A stretch of DNA of 64,000 bases, taken from the NCBI GenBank assembly GCA_040954595.2, contig CM082588.2:372001-436000 (forward strand), read 5' to 3'. Positions 34,529 through 50,100 of this stretch are shown here, piece after piece (position 1 is the stretch's first letter; each line of letters begins with the position of its first letter). Position numbers and translations under genes: made by a program. Below the pieces are notes generated by a model that did not search any database, was not told the origin of the DNA, and saw nothing but the letters and a program-made list of their open reading frames with translations. The DNA comes from Balanoglossus misakiensis (Eukaryota > Animalia > Hemichordata).

Positions 34529-36328
34529 AAAACCGTGGTTGCCATTACAGGATACTATACCAATAACACATCTTATTACTATCAAGATTCAAAAGATCAT
34601 ATAAAGATATTACTAGGAGTGGAAAACGCAGGCCCCAATAATATAAAGTATAAAGAACACAGTATTACATACCACCATTAATTGAAGTTTCCAACGAGAT
34701 AGATTTAAGAGTAGCAACACTTGTATTGGTGTTTGGTGTCCAGATTACACTGTTGTGTTGAACATGCTAAACTTTGGGAGGCAGCCAGGTAATGTTGTTA
34801 AAGTACACAGGTGTTCCTATCATATACACGATAGGTCACTCACTTAACTGTGTTCTGTACGTCACTGGCATTGTACATACTTCTTGGCGTGTATAAAACG
34901 GGGGGTTTTCCCCGGTTTGACACCGTCCACAACGCGGGCTTGTATAACCAGATAACAAAGATCGACAACTGCAAACTACGTCACTCAGAAGCACTCTGCC
35001 AGGAAGTACGGTCATGGTACGCCTGCGGTCATAGGTCACTCGTAAAGCTTGAGTACATACAGAGTGTGGGGAGACACCAAGGTTAACATTCTGATTGGTG
35101 AATGTACCAGTATATCTCCCCCATTCAAAATAGACTTCGTTGAACGGAACGCAGGCGTAAAGACAAGTCTAAATGAAAAGAAAAAAATGCCAGAGGCTGC
35201 TATCGGTGACGTCAAGTCCGGTTTTCTTCATGGTCCGATCAGAGAACGCTGTAGCTGGTAAAACGCACTTATGTGAATTAGCGATGCGATAATTGGTTAA
35301 ATAGGAACATAGCACTTTCAACTTTGAATTGATATCTTCGAATTCTGGCAAAAGGCTCGAATTTGATAATCGTATCAACCAAATTGTGATTGGAAATGAG
35401 AATACACTTCATTTACATGGCGTATGAAAACGAGAAACACAAGGAATATACTGAGTGTATCATTTCCCATGTGAACAAGAACGTACGATGTATTATACGT
35501 GATGATAATAGACAGAAGCCTTTGGGCCACTGCGCAGTGAGATTTATTGAATAAGAGATAACATTTGCTGCACTTTTGCTTATTGTATATGCACGACAAA
35601 AACGTTACACGTGGGAGATGTATCAACAGGTTCAATAGAATATTCATGTTGCTTCAGGCAGATTGAATTGTCTAATTATCCTCATTGATTAAACGGCATC
35701 TGCCGTTCAATCAAACTTGACAATATAACACGAGAGATAAATTGTATACTTGTATACAAAATTCGAGAACACAAAAGCTATTGTGTATGGAAAAAAACTG
35801 ACATCAAAGGTTTCAATCCCAGATGGTTTCTCGGCGTTTGAACACGTTTGTTTCCGTTAGAAATGAGATATGGTTTGTTGTTGCCATGACACTGTGGATA
35901 TCGTTTTCGATTACTGGCCATACACACCTGTACCTGTGCTGCGATAGACACTGCAGGGCATAACGCACGTCGTAGGGGGAGTAGACCTGCGTCACAAACT
36001 CCACTTTCAATTTGCAAGATGGTTATTACAATATCGACGACTCTTAGAAAACATCAATACGTACAAGGGTCTGTCAAGGCAATAGCTGATTAAAATTTTC
36101 ACTAAAACTATAGCATACATTCTAAGGCATACTTGTACAATCATCAGTGATGGAAGAAAATGTACATATTTTCTCCAACATGATAAAAATACATTAAGGG
36201 GAATATGTCCACTTCATGTATACAGTTATATTTCAAAGTAATCCCACTTTGCGCGCGCGCAGGTTCCAAAATAGTACATGCAAATAGGACATGGAGTGGC
36301 ACCCCCGTGACTTAAAAAGACTCCCCGT

Positions 36329-36424
36329 TATATAAAAGGCATGGCGTAGTCACATTGCTTTATTTCAAAGGGGTTTGTGCTGATACACCATCTAACCTGA
36401 AGTTCACACCAACTGTTTTCGCTG
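36329..36424 (+). promoter_or_regulatory. Probable TATA promoter and non-coding first exon of the GPCR gene
   Basis: TATATAAAAG at 36329, strong donor CTG|GTAAGA at 36424/5, and acceptor TCTCTCTGTAG at 38451, ~105 nt upstream of the GPCR ATG. Confidence 0.5.
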
Positions 36425-36449
36425 GTAAGAAAATTCTATTTATTTTGAG

Positions 36450-37130
36450 TTACACTTTCGCCTGCTCTTGAGTTTGGATAGACAGGATATACGACGAGAT
36501 TAACCATTTTACATGTACGTTTGTCTCTGTTGAGTAACTTTTGACGAACAAAAGAACATCTATGTAGTAGATTTAACTTTGAGGAACTCTGTCTTACCTT
36601 TTTGTATCAGTAAGTTTGACGAGGAGTCCATCGAGATGATCAATATATTCTTCAGGGTTTCAGACGATGTAGGCATACAGCAATTTAGGCCTTGTAAAGA
36701 AATACATGAGTACAATTCAAAATAAGAGTCGAGGATAAATCTAAGGAGAGCTTTCTATTTTTTCCGTCCAGTTGAAATCGATTGTCAGTTTGATAGAGTC
36801 AGGCTTATCAATGATAGACATGAAAGCGTTGGAATTATCAACATATAAAGACAGATTTACGTGTTGAAGGCATTCTGACAGATCATCTATAAATACGAAT
36901 CAAAATTGGCTCTAATGAGGCTGATTAGGTGCACCTGCTGAACAAATTCTCGAAGGTGACAATTCACCATCAGAAAACACCTTTTGTAGAATGTCATTCA
37001 GAGAAGTTAGACAAGTTAGAAGATTATCACCCGAGTCACATGATTGAAGATGGTGACACAGTATGAGTGACAATATCAAACGCTTTTGAAAAATGCATAA
37101 GGATCAACGTGTCCCTCTTAAGAACAGTTG
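36450..37130 (-). mobile_element. Decayed non-LTR retrotransposon (LINE) reverse transcriptase fragment
   Basis: Minus-strand translation gives LILMHFSKAFDIVTH (compare DFSKAFDxVxH) near 37060-37110 and a frameshifted remnant of GVPQGSxLGPxLFxxYIxDL (SAGAP...FVFIDDLSECL) near 36870-36940. Many stops and frameshifts; boundaries are approximate. Confidence 0.6.
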
Positions 37131-38556
37131 AAAAAATAATAGTGAATGTGAGAAATCGGATTTGTTGCGATTTGTTGGAACAACCACTGACAAACGTGTT
37201 GTCGGCTATTGTAAACACTTTCTAGATTGATGACTTTCCCAAATAATTTGCCGAGTAGAAGCAGACTTTATTCAGTACAACTAGAGCTAGACTGTTACTC
37301 GATCGTTTTCCAAACCCAATGCATGCAAAAAACAACAAGATTTGTTTGGCAATTTTCTGTGATCTCCCTGACCCACTTCTTAATCATCACCGTAACTATC
37401 GTCAACTTAAATTCTACAAAAACTCATTCATGCCATCTATTTATTGATTGAATAATGTGTTTTATCTCTCTAGTTTCGTGCGCTGAATTATTTTGAGTCA
37501 TATTTTCATGCGTGAAATTCGATATGCGCTTATCTTAACTTGTTATGCTGGCTTTAATGATATCGTCAACCTCAAATGGAATACAAGATATAGTTGAGCG
37601 GAAATTTTCAATTCAGACACTTGTTTTATCTTCTGTATGTGTAAATGTAAGAAAAGAAAATGTGAAGCCAATGTTATCTGTCAGTCGGACCATCGGTGTT
37701 TGACGGTATACATCAACGTCCATCCGATCGCTTGTTAATTTCATGAAATCGGCAACCGTGTGTGTAGTTGTATTCTATATACAGGAACATGATCGCACAC
37801 TGTGTTCCGATTGTACATAAAGCAACGAACATCAAATAGAAACTTTTTCTCCGATATCAAAAGCAGTTGAAAAAGAAAACTTATCTTAAGAAGCTTTGTC
37901 TTAAATTATAAAGATTGTTACAAAATAACTTGGTTAGCTTTCACAATCGAGGCATATATTCACTCGTTGCAGGAACGTGGGCAACTCGATTGTACCGTAT
38001 CGTGAATTTCCTTTCGTCTGAGTTCCATAGAATAAAGTTTAAAGGTATGTATTTTACGCTGAGATGCGCGGCTTGAAAGATCGATTTCTGAGTATATTAA
38101 AACGAATCCTCCCAGGCCTCTATGAGCTTCGGGATATGGATTGTCAAGCTATGAGTTACCTGTGCGGTCGTTTTCTTTTTCAATTTCTGTAATGGGTGCT
38201 GTTTCTCAGGGCGTTTTGAAGATATTGATCAGACGCTGTTACAGGTATATCCTGAAATCTGCATGACTGGTTTCCTGGCTGTGTGTGGATTCGTGCTGTG
38301 CATATCCGTGTGAAAAACATGGGTTTTAAAGTTGTCGAAAAAATACCCACCGATAGAATAAACGTTACATACACATATGTTTGATGACAAATGCAATATT
38401 GTCATGGATTATCAAATGTCATAATAGGAATTGTCAATCATCTCTCTGTAGGTTTTCTACAGATCTGACTCTCGACCTTACATGTCTGTACTGTGAGGCG
38501 TCAAGCATTCTGTCCAAACAGTCTGGTTCCTGAGTCTTTATCCGTCCGTGTTGATC

Positions 38557-39648
38557 ATGAACAACAGCGACAACTCTACAGTACCATCGAACTGGTCATT
38601 GCACGTTACCATGGAGTCCACGATGTCAACCGAACCTCCAATCCAACTTGATCGACCGATCATCTTCACCTGGGCCGACATTTGTAAAGTCATCATGGGC
38701 ATAGTTGGTATTGTTGGCAACGGTCTTGTAATTCTGACGGTTTTCAAAACCCCAAAATTGAAAACCCTGACAAATGTATTCATAGTCAGTTTAGCTATAG
38801 CTGATCTGATCACATCGATCTTCATAATCCCATATCCATTAAATGGCGTTCCCGATGGTTTTCTTGGCGAGCTTACTTGTCGTATTTACGTTTCTGGGTT
38901 TCTGTTATGGCTTAACTTTGACGCGTCTACTTTCAATCTCATGGCTGTGACCATAGAGCGTTATATTGCCATTGTTCACCCAGTTGTCTATAAAACACAT
39001 TTCACGAAGTCAAAAATCAAAATTATGGTTATTGCCGTTTGGTTGCTTTCAATTATACCACAGAGTTTCTGTCTTTATATTTGGAAATACGATTATGAAC
39101 TACATGATTGTAAGCTGGAATGGCCAGGCACCGCGGAATTCCAACTTTTTGTCGGGGTTGGTCTTTTCCTGTCAACTTACTTCATCCCTCTCATTTTGAT
39201 GTTCATCGTTTACACTCGCATCATGTTGGTCTTGAAGAAGCGCGCCAAGGAGCTGAAAGACAACAAGCAAAACAACCCGGCTCTTTCTTTACTGAGGGCT
39301 CGAGCAAATGTTGTCAAAATGCTTTTGATCGTGGTTATTACATTCGGTGTGTGCTGGGCCCCTGATCAGTTCATGTTTTTGGGTTACAATTTTGGAATGT
39401 ACGTTGATTTCTCCAGTATTTATTATCGTCTGATTATTCTTGTCGCCTTCTGTAACTCCGCCATGAATCCCTTCATATACGCCTTTAAAAACAAGAGCTT
39501 TCGTAACGGTTTCAAGAATTTATTATGGCGGCGAAGTACGGCGGTTGTTGGTACAGAAAGTGGCACTGCCACCACGAAGACTCAAACTACAGCAGTGACG
39601 TCAGTGGCACCAAGGCAACAAGCTGATGACGTCGAAACTATGGCATAA
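38557..39648 (+). CDS. Class A (rhodopsin-like) GPCR, galanin/allatostatin-A/somatostatin receptor-like, intronless CDS
   Basis: Seven TM segments; GN (TM1), SLAIAD (TM2), ERY, ECL2 Cys, CWAPD (TM6), NSAMNPFIY (TM7); N-glycosylation sequons in the N-terminus. First ATG at 38557. Confidence 0.93.
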   Translation: MNNSDNSTVPSNWSLHVTMESTMSTEPPIQLDRPIIFTWADICKVIMGIVGIVGNGLVILTVFKTPKLKTLTNVFIVSLAIADLITSIFIIPYPLNGVPDGFLGELTCRIYVSGFLLWLNFDASTFNLMAVTIERYIAIVHPVVYKTHFTKSKIKIMVIAVWLLSIIPQSFCLYIWKYDYELHDCKLEWPGTAEFQLFVGVGLFLSTYFIPLILMFIVYTRIMLVLKKRAKELKDNKQNNPALSLLRARANVVKMLLIVVITFGVCWAPDQFMFLGYNFGMYVDFSSIYYRLIILVAFCNSAMNPFIYAFKNKSFRNGFKNLLWRRSTAVVGTESGTATTKTQTTAVTSVAPRQQADDVETMA

Positions 39649-41107
39649 TCAACAAATGGATAACATTTTGTCTTTTGCTTGATCGTTTTTCACTAAACAT
39701 TAATTCATATACTATCATGAGAATTTCGTTTACTAGTAACGTGTTTAGTGGAGACCGGTCGAATAATGTGACTTATAAATTTCATCTACTACATATCTGT
39801 ACCATTCTACTTCATATTTCAGTAGTTTAACTACTTTTTACTTATATAAAGACTATATTAACTTATTACTGTTTTTTCTGTATATATTGAACATCAGTTA
39901 ACATAGATAGGCAGTTGATATCTTGCATCAAACATCCTTAATATATTTATATTTAATCACAGGTTTTAATGCACAACTAAACTCATTCACTTGAGACACC
40001 TTTGTATTCAACTGCAACACATTTTTATTCAAATTCTCACAAAAATATTTGCTGTAAAAGTTTCAAAATATATACACTTCTGTTGAACAGATATGTACAG
40101 GACACATATTATTCTTCATCTCCTTTGTAGCAATATATTAACAGTTTACTGTGACATTGATATAAAATACCAGCAAAAAATGATTTTACTTTAAATTACA
40201 GGCTGTATTTTTACATATTTACTCATTCAAATATTGACATATGTATTAGATTGAATTTCTCTATTGTTTTGCACTAAATATGTTTTCATTTGTGTAAACT
40301 TTAATGTGGTATATTATTCAATTAACACTCATTGTAAATTCAAAAGGTAAAAAGAGTGCATTTGCTTTTATGAATGGAATGTGGAAAGGATTGACTTACT
40401 TTAGTCAGAGCGAAACCAAAGATGTTGAATTTCTGATGGACGGATGTAATTTTGAAATAAAGCATGCACAGAATCCAACTGGACGGGGTTACTTTTGAAG
40501 GTCTCTTTTCCTTATTATGAGCCATATCAGTATGATTCTGCTTAGCTAAGTGCAGTGTACAACTAGAAATGGTATCACTGTAATGTTGAAGAAGCCACGT
40601 AACTGGGAAGTGGACATGATGGCCAGGTTCAAACTTGAGTTGTGCACTGTCAGAAGAACCTGAACAAAAGACAGCAGTTTCAATGACGAACAGTTCAGTA
40701 CTGGTTGTGTCAATGAGGAAATTATTTTCTATGTACAAAGATGCGCTTTGAAACTGTCAGATTATGACAATCCATGTCATACAAAGGGTCCCAGATGTTC
40801 CATCTGAAATGCACAGATTCACAGGTCTAATTGCATTCAGATTGCTCCAATCGAGCAGGATGTCTCGACTGCTCACAAAATCCTGAACATGAAAGCTGAT
40901 ACACACGAAGGACACACGTATTCTGAAAAAGAACGTGTAATTCTTGTGGAAGACGCAGCTGCCTTACCATAATTCAATGGGACAAAAATGTTAACAAGAC
41001 AAGCATCAAAAGTCAAGGTGTGTACCACTTTGCAGATAAACACTGAAAATACAGTTCAATAGAAATCATTGAAGAGTATAAGAAAAGCCATTCAAATTGG
41101 ATTAAGA

Positions 41108-44100
41108 CTATTTCTTTTTCTTGCCCGCACTCTTTTTACCCTTGGCGCTTTTACGTCCTTTTGGTGACGGAGAACTCTTTTCTTGCTCTGCTTTCAAAGC
41201 AGCTTCTTGAGCTGCGATTTCCTCAAGACGTTTCCGTTCAGCTTCTAGGAACTTCTGACGGAAGGCTTCTCGAGGCTCATTGATTTTGGCCCTTGCAGCA
41301 TCCAAGGTAGACTGGAAATAAACATAGAACAGATTTGTGGCCTTCTGGTCTTCAGCACTGACATCCTTACACTTTCAATTGGTACATAAGATTGCAAATT
41401 CACAGCCTGTGACATCAACTGCATAGCAAAGGGGATTTGGGAAAATGTCTATTCTATTCACACTTCACAAAGTTGCGCATATGATTGAATGCTTAACTCT
41501 CTCACCTGTAACCTTTCACATTCTTCTATCTGTCTTTCCTTGGCAGCATTCCGTCGCTTCCTGTCATCTTCCCGGACTTCCAACACTTCGTCCCGGAACA
41601 AACGATATTGTTGTATCATCTTCTGTTGCTCCTCTTCCTCTCTCCTCATTTCTTCCTCATCCAACAGCCTTGGTTCAGCGTTGCTTTGTCTACATCAGAA
41701 AAAAGTACATTAAAATGTACAACTGTATCTGTCCACCAAATTGGGTTCCAATTGGATCAGCAATACTTGAGATATCAATGATGCAGAACACATGCACACA
41801 GACAGACATACAGGGTCACATTGCTGGACACACGAGATCTCGCAATCAGCAGAAAATCATCTGCTATAACCCACCTGATGAATGGTGTTTTGTCAATTTC
41901 TCGAAGCATTTCTTTAGGAGCTGGTGGCGGTGGTGGCTCATTTGTGAGTATCATATCTGCCGGGTTCTCTTCTATCTCAGAGGCTGGTGTCTTGGGTGGA
42001 CCGTCACTGATTGGTTCGCTGAACTCCATATCTTTGCTCTCTTCATCTTCACTTTCTTTTTCCACTTTCACCATGTTCTCTTCCAGGAATTTCCTTCTGG
42101 ATTCCTGGGCTTTTGCAGCTCTTCCTGGTTCTGCTGCCTCCCACGCTTGTTTCATGGCACGGATTTCATCTTGTCGTTCAGTGTCCTTCTTGATTTCAAT
42201 TTCCTCCTGAAAGACAACAAGTTTGCTTCCAGTTTTCGGTCTCGTTCAAATTCTTATATCTGAGGCGGTGATGCAAATCACGATCAACAGCACAGAAAAA
42301 ACACCCCAACTATTTCCTTTTCTGCCCTAGTCATCATCTATCAGCGATTATGCATCAATACTCACTGTTGGTGTCTGGTCTAAGACGACTCTTAATGTCC
42401 AATTAGGTTTTGAGATATCAAATTGCTGAGATGACGGTCTTGATCCCTTGTCTTTATCTTTCTCTTTCTCCTTCCCCTTTTCCTTGCCTTTCTTTCCACC
42501 ACCACCTTTGCCCTGATTGGCTGCAGCTTTCTCGCTTTTTGGAGCCGATATCGGTCTGTCTTTGTTGGCTTTCAGTTCATTTTTCTCCAGGTCTTTGAGC
42601 ACCTGTACAAACGCCCAGCTGCTCTCGGAAAGTGGCCAACTTTTCCTCAAAACTTTGGCTTGGATGATGTACTTGTGTGGCTGTAATGAACAAACATACT
42701 CCAATATCAGTCACTGGCGTTAAGATTTCCACCTGTCCATGCCATGCACTGAGCTGGGACTGATTGCCTAGCAAATATGAAGACACCACTCCAAGCAAAG
42801 AATGTTTCAATTGTGTGCTGTTTTAGCGTGTTTGCTGAAAAACATTCTGTCGCTCATTCATTGCACAGCGGAGAGTCCATACTGACTCTGTTCTACTAAT
42901 ATACACTTCTCACCTTAATTTCGTGTTCTTTATCACTTCCACCATCAAGGTCATCATCAGGTCGATGCAATTCAGCCGATCCACGACTTCCTCTTGAACC
43001 CCGACCATCCCGACTACCGGCTGATTCTTGTCTCTTCTTAGCAGAACTCACACTGGAACTGCTCAAAGAAGTGTGTAATTTGCTCCCACCACGTTGTGCT
43101 GGAAATAAAGTCAATACTCCTGTCTATGATGTGTCTTGATTTCAGGCAAAGGACTATGAACTTACTGTATCATACATATGTGATGATGAACTACACGAAC
43201 TGTACTTCAACTCTGCCAAACTTTTGAACTCAACTTTATACACTGTAAAGTATGCTAGTAAGCATGTTAATTGATTCACATAGCGAAATGACCAGTGAGT
43301 ATGATGGGATTGTGCATTTTGTGGTAAGGGATCTCAACTTACATGCTCTGCTGCTCGATCGTCTTGGAGGTTGGTCTTCCCCAGGTTCACGGTCACGCAA
43401 GAAAGTAAAAGCTGGTATAACCACATGTCCCTTCCCTGAGGTTTCTGTGACCTTGACCTCGTTGTCTAGAACTTGCAAGAGAATGTACACATCTGGTTTA
43501 GATGTGCAAAGTTGAATGCTGGCTATCTGGTCTTCAATCACCTTCACTGAGTACCTACAAACAGAAAAGAAAACATGGTCAGTTTCAGTATTGTATCAAT
43601 TGTACACTCAGTAGTTCATATTATTATTATGCATACTTCCATGACAATAAATAGAAGAATTAGAGAGAGATGGAAGATTTGCAGTAGACTGAAAATGACA
43701 GTAGAGTCAATCCCATGTATCATTATTGACTGCTCACACTTTCAACACTATAAAGATATCTGTCTCACCGCAGTATGATATGGCTATCATTTGGTAGATA
43801 GTAGTCTCTGATTTCTTTCACGTTGAATGTGCTGTTGAGATTTTCCCTGATTGGCTGCGGTAATGGACTCAGGGATCCAATCAGCCTCATCCTCCATTTA
43901 CCAGTAGGTAGTGGCATTTCTGTTGTCCGAGCTTCAGCAACAAACGTGTATCCTCGCTGGAAAAAAAAGTCATAAAAACATTTAGAGAATGAATGTACCA
44001 GACTTACAATTCAATAACTGTGTTTAGAAACACAACCCAGTCTTTCAAGACCTAGAATCTGACCACTTCTACAGCTGCAAGATATGCTTAGAAGTCAGAC

Positions 44101-47100
44101 AGCATTACTTGTACATGTTTAGCCAGGTCACAAATTACAGTCATTTGTATACCAATGGATTTACCTTGTTTCTCTTATATTCGTATGGTGCAACTCGCTG
44201 GAAAACTCGTGGTATCTCCTCCCCAGTGTCATTGTCCACAACTCGGAGCATACACGTTGGTATGGACACGTATAACTTGGGAACCAACAGCATTGGTTCT
44301 TGCACAAAGAAAACATCCCTGGAAATATACACACATTATTTACTTACTATTTGCTAACCTATCATAAGACAATGTACTACACTGTTGGCAATGAAGATTT
44401 TTGAATGACATACAATAACAGTAATCCATACTAAAACTAAACTTTGGGTATGTGTCACAGAACATAAAATGAGATATTGCATTACCTGAAGACAACAAAC
44501 CAAGTGTTTGGAGGTTGATCTGGATAGTTGCCTTGGTAATCAGAATAGGAAATCTTATTCCATTCGTCTTGATAGAACGGAAACCTTGGCATCAAGTCTG
44601 GGTCAATCTTGAACATTGTTCTGGAAAATACAAAAACATCTCTGGATCAGACGGCTGTTCACTGAACTAGAAACAAGTTTCCTCCATGGTCTTCTGAGGT
44701 TCTCTGTCAGTGTCATTCTCTCTGTCCATGTTACAATTAGAATTCGATCGTCCAAGACAGAAATGACAGCTGTTTACCTGAATAAAGTGAGTGCATGTTG
44801 CTCCCAGTTTGGTTCAATCAGCGTCCAAGACTTGACCAATATTTCTTTTGCATTGGCATTTTCCTCAGTACCTGTTTTGACGAGTAGATGAACACTGAAT
44901 TACACAGATGCTAAACAAAACCGAATTCTCATGTGCATCATCAGATGTGAGCTGAATATCACAATATATGATACTAGGATCAGTCCTGTTAGCAGACTCC
45001 ATTACTTGCAATCACCTGACATGATAACAGAATCTATTTACCTGGTTCCCTAGCAAGTCTAATCTTTCTCACATAATAACCTCTCCAGTGTTTCTGTACA
45101 GTAATGACTGCTGCTATTTCTTCTTCTGTTGCTTCTCTGTAAGATACAAGCATAAGAATGTCATTGCTATTTTGTACACAACACTCTTCCACTTTCACAC
45201 GTTTTTAAGACGGTTTCTGATCTGAGAAGCTTCAGAACCGTCTTAATGGTGCATGTGTGACTCCCATACAACTCAAGAAATGTGATGATCTAAACACCTC
45301 TCTCTTTATAAGACTCATGGTGATATAAAAGAACACGAAATATGATCTTACCGATTCACCCAAGTTTCAGCAACTTCACCTGTGAGCAAATCAAATGTTG
45401 ACAGATATAAGACACACTGAATGAAAACATCACTGCCAAATGTAACGACAAAATAATCACACACAGAAAAACACACTAACCACAATTTGGAAAGCCACTC
45501 AAGAAAATCAACAAATAGATTAGAAAGAATTGTTACCTGAGATTTTCCTGTCTACAAGGAGACAGTTAAACTACAGCTACTTCTCAATTCAAGGCAGAAA
45601 TTTCAGAATATTCAGTCTACCATGTTTTGTTTTAATATTAAAATTCAAAGCAAATCACGTTAATTATTCAGATTACTTTCAAACTGTGTCTGGATACCTT
45701 GGTGTGTTCCATTGTGGTGATCCGTATGATCTGCGATAATTCATGATTTTATACGTTGTGCAAATATTGAGACAAAAATGACAGATATCTCATTAAACTA
45801 CCACTTCAAACCATGTGCAGAGGAAATACTATAGGAACTGGTACAAGATAGACTACACATGAGCTTTGGAAACATTTCACTTCAAAGAAATCATTTCCGA
45901 TAAGAGACAAGATTACAATATAACTAAACTTACAAATGTAGCAGAGACAACATATTGAACAGTTTCAGGAAAATTGAAGACAAAAGATTGATTGACAGAG
46001 AAGGAAGAAGAAAGGTTTCCCTTTTCTTAATTCTCTGATTTCATCTCAAAATTATAAATTCTTGTATGAGTTTATAAATGAGCTAAAGCTCCCCTCAAAA
46101 CGTCCTTTCTTGACAGTACAAGATTTTAAAAACATCTGGCAAGCTGTCTCCCTTTCAAAGCGATTCAATCTTCAAGTAGATTTTCACGCCAAAATAACGC
46201 ATTAAGCACTGTCACACAAACTTCAACATAAGCTACAAGCTGTAAAAATCTGGTGCATTTTGTTAAATTAGAACTTAAGAGCTGACTTGTCAGTTTGATT
46301 GGAGTTTTAATGGTTAATTTGTTAACTAATCAGTGCAGATTTTTATTTTAATTAACGGGATGTTGAGATACCGGGATTTCATTCTACATTTTTAGACACA
46401 ATACCAGCAGTGTTGCAAAGTCAACTGTGCAGCTTAAATCTTTCAACTCTGCTTGGAGGAAAACTTAATAATATAAGGGTCAACATGGGGTCAGGGATCT
46501 GGGGGTTAATCACTTCTTTATATGATATATTTGACATAAACAATAATTTACGCAATCTATGTTCTTGATTGACAGATGTACAGATGTCCATGTAGTACAA
46601 AGTTTTCAACTGCCCATTTCTTGTCATTTACATGTGTATAATTCATGCCTCTATACATCAATCAATTATTTGTTTATTGCATTGAAGTTTCTTGGGCCAA
46701 ATCGTGTGCAGAGATCTGGATATGTGAGAACAGTAACAGTTGTGGGCAATTCAACAGAAACTATGCTCTGGTTCAATACAGCAACTACATCTTTGAGCCT
46801 ACGGAAACATTTCTGTGTAATAAGTTACTTCAGAATGAATGATTTGATTGAAAGATGCTGAAGATAACATGGCAGTATCTATGGTATAGTATTAATACAC
46901 AGGATAAAATAGGAAGGTTGGCGGCAGGAACCACTGGATTTTTTTTTCAATTAGGGGATACTATTAGCTTGGTGTGCAGGTGATAGGTTTACAAGGCTGT
47001 TGATAGTTGATATTAAGGTCATGAGTCTTATCCTTAACAGTGCGGCAGATTATAGCACTACTAGATTGGCAATGAAATGTTGAAATGAATACCTTGGGGA

Positions 47101-50100
47101 TGGGGGTTGATTTCATCATGACTTTGAGATTGCCTACGTTCTATATGAACACAAGTTGGAAGAAACAGCAACATTGGTCCGTTACTTCATGAAGGAAAAC
47201 TAACACACCTGTCTTGGGGCTAAAATGTCTAATTATTTTGTTAGTTTTCAAGAGATGATTGCTGTTACAACCCTAGAAAGAGTTAAGCCTAAATATGTAT
47301 GCAATGACCATGCTGTACTGCTGATATACACGTGACCTATGCAATTCATCAAAGCCATAGCACGGCACCATTCAGACATATTTGAGAATGTGCTATCAAT
47401 TGCAATCAGGATAGTCCACTTTTTCTTGGCTGTGTTATTTTTTAATATGTCATTGTATGCAGAAACCCATTTCTGTAGTACTATGAAAACAACCAATGAA
47501 AAGGGTATTCAAGATCAAAGCCAAATGTAATTGTGAGGACAAGATGGTCGTCACAATAACATCCAATCACAGATGAATTGATGGAACAGTTTCCACAAAC
47601 TCACAGGTACAGTCTATTCAGCAGACAGCATGTTGTTCATCATTTACTTTTATATGTCAAATGCTATGAACAGATGAAAATGAATGTAAGAAGACAGTTA
47701 CCAACACACACATTCTGTGACCTCTCAGTCACACAATTTTGCGCCTGACACACAAATAACCTGCGTCAAGTGGATACCATGCAACTGATTCATCCTATTG
47801 TTCAACCTATCATTTTTCTTTTTCAATCACAAATGCTTTAAAGTTTCATCAGAAAAATAGAAATAGACGGTAGAGGAATTCATGGAAGAAACAAAATTTG
47901 AGTGAGAGTCAAGAGGTGACAAAAAGATATTTTCTTCTGTTTAAAAAAAAGACAAATTAGTGTAAAGAACATTACAGTGAGACAAAAATAAAATGATAAG
48001 TATTGGCGTACATAAATGCAACTTGAGCATAACCATGAAATGTCCACAGAATGACCAAATGATAAGTTGCATGCAATAGTAGATGAAACAGATGAACATG
48101 GTTGCATGTGCATGCAATGATAGAATGTGAAACATAACAGCATGAATGACATCACATTATAGGAAATATGACAATGGTGATGATAGAACATGAAACAGCA
48201 ACATGATTATCATGAAGACAGCACATGAAACATGTGTTAAACATGATTGGATATGTATACTGTTAAAAGTGCTAAAAGAACATGACAGAGAACATATGAC
48301 AATAATGTAATGTGACAAGAATCAGAAGGCCATGGTGTTAGATTTACATTGATAAAAAGGGTTGTGTTGTATGTATGTATGTGTATGCAGTGCTGTTACA
48401 TGCATTGTTTTGAAACATGAAGCATATGAACAGATACATTGCAAGATCATGGAATATATCATAGCAGGCAGTGAGACATAGAATGAGTTTGAACATTCTG
48501 CAAAGTCCTACATTTAGACAGAAAAGTGAGAAAAAGAGAAGTGAAAATTTAGTAGCAACCAAACAGCTGCCTGAAAATGCAGATATACAAAATGACGGCA
48601 AGCGTAAATAAAAACAAAAACAAATATCCCTTGATTGTTCAGAGTAAGTGCTAAGATTGTTGCCTCATGCTCCAAGCAATGAAGAGAAATTCAAGCGAAA
48701 AACATTGATGTTCCTTCACGCTATATGCAGAGAGAGAGAAAGAGAGAGAGACTTGCAATGGGCAGATAACAGTGAAGTCATCGAGCCCTCCTGTGTTAGG
48801 CTTGAGTAGGTCATATTGCATATGTCAAGACTTAGCGACAGCCTTCACTAAAGAACAACACAGTGCAATGTGCTAGATGTTAGATGGTGAAAACATATGC
48901 AATAGGACTTACGCTTGCGTCCTGCTTTAGCTGATTTCCTTGATGCCCCTGTGGCTAAACCATGAAAAAAGGATTATGGGAGGAAAAAGTACATGTTAGA
49001 ACGTAAAATAATGACAAATTATATATGACATACAAAATTGCATGGCTGGACATCAAAAGTTGCAATGTCTGCACTTTTTTCTGCAAAACAATAAAAATGA
49101 AGTAATTTTGGAGAGATTTGAAACAAAGAATTGAGGAGTTGATGATTGAGAAGCATGTCTTCTTTAGAAAAGTATTTACATCCTTGTATATTCTACAGTT
49201 TTTTCTATGACAGCTGCTAAATCTACGAGTATATCTGAATTACAGAATCTGTCATGTCAATTTCAGAAAAATATCCCTGATACATAATGTCTGTGTAAAC
49301 ATGTAGAATACAAACATAACAACAACTTAGAACAGCCAATGACAAAGTTACAAACACTGTACAATGAGAGCATGGATCAGCACATAGATACATGACAACA
49401 TAAAGTGAAACTATGTTGAGTATGTGCAGAGCTTTTGATATCCAGCAAGACATAATGACATAAAGTGAATAAGGGGTGTGCATAGATACATCATGTAACA
49501 ATATAGTCATGTACATTTCTTCCGTAACACATGATCATCCTGAGTGTGTGACCAGAGACAATCATTGAATGGAGACAATCTATGTGTGGACACAAACATA
49601 CAGAGTCTGAACAACATGAATGTATTGTGAATGTGACTGGATCATGCCAAGGCACAGTAAATGTAACAATGTAGCATTCATATGTTATACATTGTGACAA
49701 ACATAGTTTGTAGCAATTATAAAGTGATCATAACAGACACTATGTAGTGATAATGCAACAATGTAGCAATTAAATAGGTACTATGTAGCAATATTAACTA
49801 GGAGACATGAAGGGAGCAGATGTATTATGTAGCAATTACTGGTACATTACTGGTAGTACATACATAAGTCAAAAAGATACATTTGCAGGTAGTCAAGACT
49901 TAAACAGGCACGTCCATTCATTAGAAGTGTTATTGTGTCTAATATAATATAACCAATATGGCATTGTTTACTTCTCTAACCATGATAACAAAAATGTTGC
50001 ACTTGCTAACTTTTTTTCTGACAAAGGTTTTGCTAGATCTTTTGCATAGCACTGCCAAATAAATAAACTTGGAATGTGGTATGTAATAATACATCGAAGT

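Noticed and set aside
20310-39648. Functional pairing of the TRHDE-like peptidase with the nearby peptide-type GPCR
   Set aside because: The GPCR cannot be identified as a TRH receptor from the sequence and looks like a member of a large expanded orphan group; proximity alone is not evidence.
41445-42263. 272-aa plus-strand ORF, and other antisense ORFs such as 14658-15230 and 13318-13818
   Set aside because: These are shadows of real coding exons on the opposite strand or lack recognisable motifs.
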